Assembly (NCBI GenBank): GCA_018830085.1
Contig: JAHJSR010000101.1
Coordinates: 1-54,258, forward strand
Length of the DNA stretch: 54,258 bases
Direction: 5' to 3'
DNA from: Patescibacteria group bacterium
GTDB taxonomy: Bacteria > Patescibacteriota > Patescibacteriia > 2-12-FULL-60-25
The position numbers and the translations under genes are program-made. This document shows positions 1 to 8,060 of the stretch, piece by piece. The notes beneath the pieces were generated by a model. That model searched no databases and was not told the origin of the DNA. It saw only the letters and a list, made by a program, of their open reading frames with translations. The number at the start of each line of letters is the position of its first letter. Positions within the stretch are counted from its first letter, which is position 1.

Positions 1-59
1 GTATTGCCAAATAGCTAAATATATGCAACACTTATCGTATTATACATAACCAAATCTTT

Positions 60-350
60 ATGTCAGAACAAACTACGACAGAACAAAATACCGAGGAAAT
101 AATTGATTATAAAAAAATGAATCTGGATACAAATTATAGTGGATATGATGCTAAAACCAGTAAAAAAGAGGAAACATATAGCTACAAAGGCTGGCTAATC
201 TCTGATAGTTTTATTAAACGTGCCATGGCCGTCTTGGGCTACCAATTTGTTGCTAGCTTAATAATCAATGCCGTTATATTCGGAATCATTATTGGATTCG
301 TGGTCGTTTTTGGCATAATCGGCGGACTATTAAAACTCGCTTTCAACTAA
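60..350 (+). CDS. small membrane protein, hypothetical (96 aa)
   Basis: ATG ORF. Hydrophilic N-half, then a C-terminal hydrophobic stretch (AVLGYQFVASLIINAVIFGIIIGFVVVFGIIGG). Followed by the hairpin terminator at 369-394. Confidence 0.6.
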   Translation: MSEQTTTEQNTEEIIDYKKMNLDTNYSGYDAKTSKKEETYSYKGWLISDSFIKRAMAVLGYQFVASLIINAVIFGIIIGFVVVFGIIGGLLKLAFN

Positions 351-368
351 AAACACATAAACAAATTA

Positions 369-394
369 ATACCGCGGTTAACCGCGGTATTTTT
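369..394. terminator. bidirectional rho-independent terminator between convergent genes
   Basis: Perfect hairpin ataccgcgg-ttaa-ccgcggtat followed by a T-run; A/T flanks on both sides. Confidence 0.7.
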
Positions 395-1055
395 ATTCTG
401 CTCCATAATACTTTTCCTTATAAAATCTAATTAGCTGTTCTACTTCTGGGATACAAGACGGATCGCCTGTACCAACCTTTGTTTTATCCTGAACTTTTTC
501 TAAAGTATCAGCACCTTCCAAAACCGCTTCCTCTATATCATGATCAGTTATCTTTAAAACTTTATCGATTATCCTGCCGTGCTCAATTTCTATTCTATCG
601 GTTTGACCAACCTTTCTTAAATAGTCATTTATTGCAGAGCGCAGTGCCTTGTCCCCCAAGACAGAGCAATGAATTTTACGTTGAGGTAATCCATCCAATC
701 TAAAAGTTATATCCTGAGGACGCAACTTTCGCGCCTCATCCAGTGTCATCCCCTCATTTTCAGTAACCATCACGCTCATCATTGACGTGGCTGCGATTGC
801 AGAAGCGCATCCAAAAGTTTTCCATTTCAAATCAGTTATTCTCTCGGATTTTGGATCAACCTTTATCCAAACACGCATAACATCACCGCAGGCTGGCGAA
901 CCAACCATGCCAATCCCATCGGCGATATAACCCGTCTCATCTTCCATAAAATTCTTAGGATGAAAAAAATGATCCTTAACAACCGTGGAATAAAAACTTC
1001 CACTTCCTTGTCTATTAGTTACATCAACTTTTTTATCTTCTTTCTTATTATTCAT
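393..1055 (-). CDS. nifU: NifU/IscU-type Fe-S cluster scaffold with C-terminal BFD-like [2Fe-2S] domain
   Basis: IscU motifs GSPACGDVMRVWIKV, FGCASAIAATSMM and KIHCSVLG. C-terminal ITDHDIEEAV...GTGDPSCIPEVE resembles a BFD-like domain. The ATG at 1055 avoids overlap with nifS; an alternative ATG at 1100 is possible. Confidence 0.9.
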   Translation of the reverse strand: MNNKKEDKKVDVTNRQGSGSFYSTVVKDHFFHPKNFMEDETGYIADGIGMVGSPACGDVMRVWIKVDPKSERITDLKWKTFGCASAIAATSMMSVMVTENEGMTLDEARKLRPQDITFRLDGLPQRKIHCSVLGDKALRSAINDYLRKVGQTDRIEIEHGRIIDKVLKITDHDIEEAVLEGADTLEKVQDKTKVGTGDPSCIPEVEQLIRFYKEKYYGAE

Positions 1056-1077
1056 AATAATTATTTCATTCTTAAAA

Positions 1078-2334
1078 TCATTTCTTCTCTTTATTACCAT
1101 TTGAAAAATATTCCATATCCAAATTAACCGGGCTTATTTTTCTTAATTGTTCAACTATAGGTGGTAATACTTTTATCACATAGTCAATGTCTGCTTTCGT
1201 GGTACTTTTACCCAAAGTAAACCTCAAAGATCCATGTGCAGCTTCATAACTCATACCCAAAGCCAAAATAACATGTGATGGATCAAGTGATGTGGAAGCA
1301 CACGCAGAACCCGTTGAACAATAAACCCCTTTCGCGTCCAAATACAACATTGCTGCCTCCCCCTCGATATCCATAAAAGAAATATTTACATTATTCGGCA
1401 AACGTTTAATCGCATGTCCATTTAAACGAGACTTGGGAATTTTTAACAACCCCTCAATCAATCTATCGCGTAATTTCTCTAATCTAGCAGACTCCTTTTC
1501 TCTTTTGGCCTGTACTAGATCTAATGCTTTGGCAAAACCAACAATTCCCGGAACATTTTGCGTACCTGATCTTAATCCGCGTTCTTGACCACCACCAATA
1601 ACCTGCGCCGACAACCTGACTCCACGACGAATATACAATGCCCCGACACCTTTTGGACCGTAAATCTTACCACCATTCAAAGTCATTAAATCCACATGCA
1701 ATTTTTCTACATTCAAATCAAGATATCCCGCCGCCTGGCATGCATCTGTATGAAGTAATGGATAAGTCAAACCTGTTTGTTTACGATTTTTAATTATTAA
1801 TTTACCTAAATCAGAAATTGGCTCAATCGTTCCAATCTCATTATTTGCATACATCACACTAACCAAAATAGTATTATTTTTAATCTCTTCTGCAATATTT
1901 TTTGCCAGTAATACACCATCTTTATCAGCTTTTACTAAAGTTAACTCAATTTCACCTCGTTTTTGTAAAACCAATAACAACTCCAAAACAGCCGGATGCT
2001 CCAATTCATTACTAATAATGTGCGGAATAACATCTTTACCTAACCTTGATTTAACATCAGCTCCACCTATTTTTATAACGCCTAATATTGCCAAATTATC
2101 TGATTCCGTCCCGCCTGATGTGAATACAATCTCATCTTCATGCGCAGAAATTAATTTCGCCACTGTTTTACGAGCTTGAGAAACAGCTTCATGCGCCTGC
2201 TGTCCCGGTGCATGCAAAGACGAAGGATTTCCATAAACCTCAGTAAAGAAAGGAATCATTGTCTTTAACACCCGTTCATCCATAGGCGTTGTAGCTGCAT
2301 GATCCAAATATACATTTTGTTTATTTTTTCTCAT
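1078..2334 (-). CDS. nifS: cysteine desulfurase, NifS/IscS type (class V aminotransferase)
   Basis: VYLDHAATTP, SGGTESDN, the PLP-Lys context NGGKIYGPKGVGALY and the active-site loop STGSACAS. First ATG at 2334; the ORF-track start at 2355 is GTG. Confidence 0.93.
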   Translation of the reverse strand: MRKNKQNVYLDHAATTPMDERVLKTMIPFFTEVYGNPSSLHAPGQQAHEAVSQARKTVAKLISAHEDEIVFTSGGTESDNLAILGVIKIGGADVKSRLGKDVIPHIISNELEHPAVLELLLVLQKRGEIELTLVKADKDGVLLAKNIAEEIKNNTILVSVMYANNEIGTIEPISDLGKLIIKNRKQTGLTYPLLHTDACQAAGYLDLNVEKLHVDLMTLNGGKIYGPKGVGALYIRRGVRLSAQVIGGGQERGLRSGTQNVPGIVGFAKALDLVQAKREKESARLEKLRDRLIEGLLKIPKSRLNGHAIKRLPNNVNISFMDIEGEAAMLYLDAKGVYCSTGSACASTSLDPSHVILALGMSYEAAHGSLRFTLGKSTTKADIDYVIKVLPPIVEQLRKISPVNLDMEYFSNGNKEKK

Positions 2335-2347
2335 AATAAAATTATAT

Positions 2348-2764
2348 TTAGACACTTTTAGATATCTTTTTTAAACTTGTTTTTTTAAGAGACTCAATTA
2401 AATCTTGATGCAAAAAACTCCACAAAGATTTTGATGAACACTTATCTGCTACCGGACAAAAAGCACCGTCACAACTCATTGCAGCTATCGGTCCTTCCAA
2501 TGCAACCAAAATCTCATAAACCGAAATACTATCCGCGCTCTTAGCTAATTGATAACCACCTCCAGGACCCTGCCTTCCTTTAATTAACTTACTTTTTTTT
2601 AATGAAGCCGCAATTTCTTCTAAAAACTTTTGCGATAATCCCATTTCATCAGCAATCTCCTTTAAAGACACAAAATCACCCTCAATCGATGAGCGGTTAG
2701 CCAAGATTGACATCAGTATCATGCCCGCATGATTTTTTGCTGAAACCTTAAATAAGCTATTCAT
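2348..2764 (-). CDS. Rrf2 family transcriptional regulator (IscR-like)
   Basis: Rrf2 wHTH (SLKEIADEMGLSQKFLEEIAASLKKSKLIKGRQGPGGGYQL) plus a Cys cluster (CDGAFCPVADKC). First gene of an Rrf2-nifS-nifU operon. Confidence 0.9.
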   Translation of the reverse strand: MNSLFKVSAKNHAGMILMSILANRSSIEGDFVSLKEIADEMGLSQKFLEEIAASLKKSKLIKGRQGPGGGYQLAKSADSISVYEILVALEGPIAAMSCDGAFCPVADKCSSKSLWSFLHQDLIESLKKTSLKKISKSV

Positions 2765-2769
2765 AAAAA

Positions 2770-2816
2770 CCTAGTTTGTAGCTAGGAATATAACCTTTCC
2801 ATAAAAAACTGTCAAT
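2770..2816 (-). promoter_or_regulatory. putative promoter and palindromic operator of the Rrf2-nifS-nifU operon
   Basis: On the minus strand: TTGACA (2816-2811), an 18-nt spacer, TATATT (2792-2787), then the inverted repeat CCTAG-N7-CTAGG (2786-2770), ending 5 nt upstream of the Rrf2 ATG. Confidence 0.4.
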
Positions 2817-2838
2817 ATCCACAATTAAACGCTATAAT
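2809..2838 (+). promoter_or_regulatory. putative divergent promoter for the lipoprotein / membrane-protein pair
   Basis: Perfect TATAAT at 2833-2838, 9 nt upstream of the ATG at 2848. The -35 is weak (cTGtCA, 18-nt spacer). Confidence 0.3.
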
Positions 2839-2847
2839 AACTCTATT

Positions 2848-3951
2848 ATGCCAATTAAAATCTCCATATTTATAATAACACTGCTCTTTCTTGGAGCTGG
2901 TTGTTTTGAAGCCACAACCACCCCTATCGCAGAGACACTTGGCCCAACCGCCGGAACAGGAGCCGTTGCTCAACAAGAAGGTTTCGGAACTTTACCCAAG
3001 CTACCTCCAGTAACCCTAAATAATAATTCAGGTATTATACGTATCAACACCACCCTTCCCACACTCCCAGAAAAAATCCTAGTTGTACGTGTGCCTGGCA
3101 GTGGATTGGATTTAACTCAATTTCAAAATCTTACACATGCAATCAACATACCCATTGGCATGTTAGGAACCAAACCAACCAATACTTGGTACTCATTTTC
3201 CTGGCAAAACAATGAAGATTACCAATGGTCGTTTGATTCCACATTTCATCAACTATCATTTTTTCAAAAAGATCAGCCTTTTAAAATCAATACAGTGAAC
3301 CAGTGGCCAACCCAAGAAACAATAGATCAAAAAGTTACTAATTTTTTAACAAGTATTGGCTACGATATTTTAACGGTACAAAATATATCCATACAACAAA
3401 ACTGGTTGAATTGGAAATTAAATACAGAAAATACACAAAATTGTATCAGTCAACAACTTAACGCTGACCTCAATGAGTTAAACTCATTAGATCAACTATC
3501 AAATATTAATCCGCTGGACTACAAATACACCCAAAGCCCTTGTTATAGCAATAATTTTCCCAACTATTTACCAATTACATTTGAACGAGTTGTCGATCAA
3601 CGTAATATTGTTGATTCTATTGGCAAGCCACAAATCGGTGGAACTCTAATTTACGATCTCAACTCACAAAAATTCGTATATGGTTGGCTCACACTTCCAA
3701 CAGAGGTTCAACGTTCAGAATATTCAGCCATAACAGAAAAAGAAATGCGATCCAGTCTAGAAAAAGGTGGCCTCGGAGGTGTTCCCCAAGGTACTATTGA
3801 TATTAGTGAAGTCTTCTTTTCATTCATCAGCCCCAAAAAAGACAACTCCTATGATTATGAATATTTAATACCTGTACTTGTAGGACAAGGAAAACAAACA
3901 CTTAACAACGTTTCATCCTCCTATCGCATAGTAGTTCCATTAGTAAAATAA
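2848..3951 (+). CDS. hypothetical lipoprotein (367 aa)
   Basis: Signal peptide with lipobox LFLGAGC. No recognisable domain. Its stop overlaps the next ATG (TAATG). Confidence 0.75.
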   Translation: MPIKISIFIITLLFLGAGCFEATTTPIAETLGPTAGTGAVAQQEGFGTLPKLPPVTLNNNSGIIRINTTLPTLPEKILVVRVPGSGLDLTQFQNLTHAINIPIGMLGTKPTNTWYSFSWQNNEDYQWSFDSTFHQLSFFQKDQPFKINTVNQWPTQETIDQKVTNFLTSIGYDILTVQNISIQQNWLNWKLNTENTQNCISQQLNADLNELNSLDQLSNINPLDYKYTQSPCYSNNFPNYLPITFERVVDQRNIVDSIGKPQIGGTLIYDLNSQKFVYGWLTLPTEVQRSEYSAITEKEMRSSLEKGGLGGVPQGTIDISEVFFSFISPKKDNSYDYEYLIPVLVGQGKQTLNNVSSSYRIVVPLVK

Positions 3952-5546
3952 TGAGACAAACAACCAAAACATTAAAATTAATCCACGAGTGGCACTTTGG
4001 TGTATTACTCGGAATTTTTCTTATCTGTTTACAATTGTTTACGCTACTAATTATTATTTTCAGCGCTCCACAAAACACAACCTGGCTAGGAGGAATAAGC
4101 GCTTATAACTTTCACGATCTTGCGGTTTACATCAATTACTTGGAACAATCAAAAAATTCATTTCTGATAACAAATCTCTATAATCCGCTCCCCCAGATTC
4201 CTCGTTTTGATGCCTTTTGGTCATTAGGGGGAATATTAGTAAAAATAGGGATTCCCGCTAAATTTGCACATGAAATATTAAGATATTTTTCCACTTTCAT
4301 CCTTTCAATAACGCTTTACTGGATCGCAAAAAAACAGACACACACAGAATCCCACGCTCGCTTAGCATCAATTTTTATGATCTGTGGGATGAGCACCGGA
4401 ATCCTAAATGCTATTTGGCAAAAGATACTCTACGGCAATGACATAATCAGATACATATCACCTGATCTTGACTCAGACTTTGCTGTTGCGCCCACATTAT
4501 TTGCCGGAGCTCATGTCATCCTCTCAATTGCGTTACAATTTATTAGCATTCATTTTCTTTGGCATGGTTTGCAAGAAAAAAATGTAAAAAAAATACTAAT
4601 TTCCGGAGCTACTGCTTTATTTTTAACACTATTTCACCCGTACTTCATTCCCCTCATCGGTTTAATTGCATTAATTACAACAGCATATCCAAATTTTAAA
4701 GAATTAAAAAAACGTTTAAAATTATTTTTGCTTTTTAATCTCTTCTTAATTCCATCGTCGACCTATTACCTATTTTTGATGCGAGACTCGGCTTTCAAAA
4801 CCCATCACTTACAAATAAATCAGCTCCCACTCGCACATCCAATTTTTTGGATAATTACATTACTTCCATTTATTATCGCAATCATCTGGATGAAGCTGAA
4901 AAAAACCCAAATCATTAATCAAAACAACTACTGGGCATTTGTCTGGTTAATAGCGGCAACAATCTGCATGCTTTTACCCTTCCCATGGACCAGAAAATAC
5001 ACACAAGCGCTGTTACCAGTATTAATTATTACCACTTTACCTTTTTGGTTGCATTTTGCAGATACGCTACTCAAACAAAGTAAAAATTTTCTTAAACCAC
5101 TTTTATTACTTGGCTGTTTTTTACCATTCTTGTATCTTTTTCAAATTACATTAACCATAATTAACCATCCCAAATGGAAATACATGATCTACCATCCCAA
5201 TACCATGATACAAGCTTGGGATTATATACAAAGCAACAGTCCATCTAATAGCTTAATCTTAACAGATAGCCTCTGGACCAATATTTGGCTACCCGCATAC
5301 ACAAATAGACACGTTTGGGTTGGACACCCACACGAAACTCCGGAATATGATCAAAAAATTAATCAATTTCAAGAATGGTTGTTAACACAAGACAATAATC
5401 AATTCAACTCTTATCTTAATGTGTCAAAAATTAATTATTTAATTACCCAAGACTCATTCAGTGAACAGGCAGAGACGCTACTAGACAACCATTGGCATAA
5501 AGCATGGCAAATAGATTCAACAATAATCTGGCAGAATACAAATTAG
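3951..5546 (+). CDS. polytopic membrane protein, possibly a GT-C-fold (ArnT/PMT/YfhO-like) glycosyltransferase
   Basis: More than 10 predicted TM helices and a soluble C-terminal domain. Translationally coupled to the upstream lipoprotein. The family assignment is a guess from architecture only. Confidence 0.6.
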   Translation: MRQTTKTLKLIHEWHFGVLLGIFLICLQLFTLLIIIFSAPQNTTWLGGISAYNFHDLAVYINYLEQSKNSFLITNLYNPLPQIPRFDAFWSLGGILVKIGIPAKFAHEILRYFSTFILSITLYWIAKKQTHTESHARLASIFMICGMSTGILNAIWQKILYGNDIIRYISPDLDSDFAVAPTLFAGAHVILSIALQFISIHFLWHGLQEKNVKKILISGATALFLTLFHPYFIPLIGLIALITTAYPNFKELKKRLKLFLLFNLFLIPSSTYYLFLMRDSAFKTHHLQINQLPLAHPIFWIITLLPFIIAIIWMKLKKTQIINQNNYWAFVWLIAATICMLLPFPWTRKYTQALLPVLIITTLPFWLHFADTLLKQSKNFLKPLLLLGCFLPFLYLFQITLTIINHPKWKYMIYHPNTMIQAWDYIQSNSPSNSLILTDSLWTNIWLPAYTNRHVWVGHPHETPEYDQKINQFQEWLLTQDNNQFNSYLNVSKINYLITQDSFSEQAETLLDNHWHKAWQIDSTIIWQNTN

Positions 5547-5581
5547 ACGTCTACTCGCTGTAAAGGTAAAATATAACTATT

Positions 5582-6586
5582 ATGAATAAAACCAAAATAG
5601 CTATTTTAGGTGCAGGAAACATGGCTACCGCATTGGCATTCCATTTAGCCAAACAAAACAACACTGTTCATCTTTATTGCATCGAACCAGATGTAGAACA
5701 ACAAATCAATAAAGGGCATTGCAATAATAAATACATGCCCGGTACTAAGTTACCTTCATCCATTCTTGCTAGTCATGAAATTGATAAATGCTTAGATCAA
5801 GCTAATTATGTAATCATTGCCATTCCATCACATGTAGCGGTCTCCGTTCTCAAACTAGCATTACCACACCTCAACAAAAAAACAATAGTCATAAACATCT
5901 CAAAAGGATTTGATGAAAAAACTCTTAATCCGGTTGTTATCAGCCTTCAAAGGGCTCTACCCAAAACAATGCAAAAACAAATTTGCATGATTGGCGGACC
6001 AGCTATTGCCACAGAGATGGTAAAAGATTCACCCATAGCACTCGTAATTGCCTGTGAGTATAAAGAAACCAGAGAAAAAGTAGTAAAACTATTTCGCGGA
6101 AGAAATGTAAAAACAGCACAGTCAAAAGATTTGCTCGGCGTTGGACTTGCCGCTTCATTAAAAAATGCCTATGCCATAGCACTTGGATTTTGCGACGGTT
6201 TAAAATATTCAACCAATGCAAAAGCATTTATTGTAACCATGGCCGTTAGCGAAATGGCAGGAATAATGCTTAAAGACAAAGCCGATCCCAAAACCGCATC
6301 CTCATTAGCCGGAATCGGTGATTTATTGGTGACAGGATGGTCACCTCATGGACGTAATAGAAGATATGGAGAAAAACTTATTAACTCAAAAACAAATGAC
6401 GTTAAAAAACTGGGCCTTACAACCGTAGAAGGTATTAGAGCATCAGAAATTGGTTTAAGATTGTCTAAAAAGCTAAATGCAAAAACTCCACTTTTAGATG
6501 CGATTAACAAAGGTATACACTCAAAAAATAATTTCCACAAACCTTTCGTAAATTATATAAAAACCGTAAAATTAGAACTTATCTAA
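5582..6586 (+). CDS. gpsA: NAD(P)H-dependent glycerol-3-phosphate dehydrogenase
   Basis: Rossmann N-terminus KIAILGAGNMATALAFHLA. GpsA-like ISKGF, GGPAIATE, LKNAYAIALG and GDLLVT motifs. Confidence 0.9.
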   Translation: MNKTKIAILGAGNMATALAFHLAKQNNTVHLYCIEPDVEQQINKGHCNNKYMPGTKLPSSILASHEIDKCLDQANYVIIAIPSHVAVSVLKLALPHLNKKTIVINISKGFDEKTLNPVVISLQRALPKTMQKQICMIGGPAIATEMVKDSPIALVIACEYKETREKVVKLFRGRNVKTAQSKDLLGVGLAASLKNAYAIALGFCDGLKYSTNAKAFIVTMAVSEMAGIMLKDKADPKTASSLAGIGDLLVTGWSPHGRNRRYGEKLINSKTNDVKKLGLTTVEGIRASEIGLRLSKKLNAKTPLLDAINKGIHSKNNFHKPFVNYIKTVKLELI

Positions 6587-6603
6587 CTATTAACTCAATT
6601 ATT

Positions 6604-7053
6604 ATGATGATCCCCGAAAATCTACAAATATTTTCTGAACCAACCCTAATCATTACATCTGATTTTAGCAAATCCAAAATTTACCTAGCTCATGAATTAG
6701 AAATAAATGAAATAGCTGCCACTGATGCACCCCCACAATCAAGACCTGATAGCGAAGGCGCTGTAATTGGAGCAGGAGGAAGAATGATGAATCCCGACTC
6801 AGACATTGACCAAGGTGTAGACAGAACTAAATTCAGTAAAGATTTAGCTGGTACAATTTCAAAAGAAATTGCAAAAAACAACATTTCCGATCTACAATTA
6901 ATAATGCCATCAGAAATGTTACGTCGCATTCAAGATGATCTGCCTAACGAAAATAAAGATTTAGTCTCAAAAACAATTGACAAAGATCTAATGAAGGAAA
7001 GCCTAATCGATATTTTAGAAAGATTGCACCAAATACCCAAACCAATTAATTAA
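6604..7053 (+). CDS. hypothetical protein, host-attachment / baeRF (eRF1-like) family candidate
   Basis: The layout resembles Host_attach proteins: N-terminal beta strands, a central D/G-rich loop (SRPDSEGAVIGAGGRMMNPDSD), FSKDLAGTISKEI, and a C-terminal KDLMKESLIDILERL. Weak, by eye only. Confidence 0.4.
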   Translation: MMIPENLQIFSEPTLIITSDFSKSKIYLAHELEINEIAATDAPPQSRPDSEGAVIGAGGRMMNPDSDIDQGVDRTKFSKDLAGTISKEIAKNNISDLQLIMPSEMLRRIQDDLPNENKDLVSKTIDKDLMKESLIDILERLHQIPKPIN

Positions 7054-7070
7054 ATTCCTAAACAACATTT

Positions 7071-7095
7071 AAAAACGCCTTACTAAGGCGTTTTT
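7071..7095. terminator. bidirectional terminator between convergent genes
   Basis: Perfect 12-nt arms, aaaaacgcctta-c-taaggcgttttt, giving an A-run/T-run on both strands. Overlaps the stop codon of the minus-strand gene. Confidence 0.7.
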
Positions 7096-8006
7096 AAATA
7101 GTAAAACCCGTTTATATAACTTGTAGTGTTATTAGGATCAGCGCCATATTCAGTACTAATAGCATAATCCATCTCCTCAAAAATAACTGCCTTGGTACTA
7201 AAGAAACCTTGCAGCAAAGCAAATCCTCCAGCGCTATCAGTAAAAGCATCTGTTGCAAATTTTAATTGATCCCAATTATTTTCTGCCAGCCACGAACGCG
7301 TCATCTTATCATTTATACGTGCTTTTTCATCAGTCAAATAATGACTCATATCCGAAGAAATAATAATAAAATCATCCCCAGACACAACGCTCTGTAAATC
7401 CTTACCAAACTGTATAAGATTTTTCCTTGGTATATCTATATGAATAAAAATAGGCACAACTTTAGCTTCAGGAAAATAAAATTTAATATATGGCATCAAG
7501 GAACCAACGCCATGTTCATTATTAAAAAAATAACCATCATACAACCTGCAACCCACATCAGTTAACAAATCAACTTTTTCAACATCACTTTCCACTACTC
7601 CAAATACAGTAGAATAATTAGCTTGATGACAACTAACTCCACTTCCGGCAGAAAAATGATCTGGCGAAATAATATAAAAATTTTCAATATCAGACCGAGA
7701 ACTATTTAAGCTCATAAAAAATTTAGCCTGTAAATCTGCGGCCAAAACATGATGATTAATTATTCCTGCAATGGGTTTTTGTTCTAAAACAATAAAATTA
7801 TTTTCAAGCACTCTTCTTAATACTTTTTCATCTAAAAATTTTGTATTTATTACTTCATTATATTTATCTAAACCATTATTTTCTACTTCAATATCAATAT
7901 CCCGCCCCTCATTCACAACTACTTGTTTTGAATTACAACCCATACTAAAAAACACCAAAATTACAATGATTATAATTAAATGAAAATATCTATTCCTCTT
8001 CTGCAT
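7083..8006 (-). CDS. Memo / AmmeMemoRadiSam-B-like protein predicted to be an exported lipoprotein
   Basis: Memo-family motif order: IINHHVLAA, IISPDHF, NNEHGVGSLMPYIKF, VVPIFI, IIISSDMSHYL. The N-terminus has a TM/signal segment with lipobox FFSMGC. ATG at 8006; the ORF-track start at 8057 adds 17 aa. Confidence 0.7.
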   Translation of the reverse strand: MQKRNRYFHLIIIIVILVFFSMGCNSKQVVVNEGRDIDIEVENNGLDKYNEVINTKFLDEKVLRRVLENNFIVLEQKPIAGIINHHVLAADLQAKFFMSLNSSRSDIENFYIISPDHFSAGSGVSCHQANYSTVFGVVESDVEKVDLLTDVGCRLYDGYFFNNEHGVGSLMPYIKFYFPEAKVVPIFIHIDIPRKNLIQFGKDLQSVVSGDDFIIISSDMSHYLTDEKARINDKMTRSWLAENNWDQLKFATDAFTDSAGGFALLQGFFSTKAVIFEEMDYAISTEYGADPNNTTSYINGFYYLKTP

Positions 8007-8060
8007 AAAAAAATAACGGGAGCTGCTTTTAAGCCAACCCCCGCCATCAATCTTCATAGC

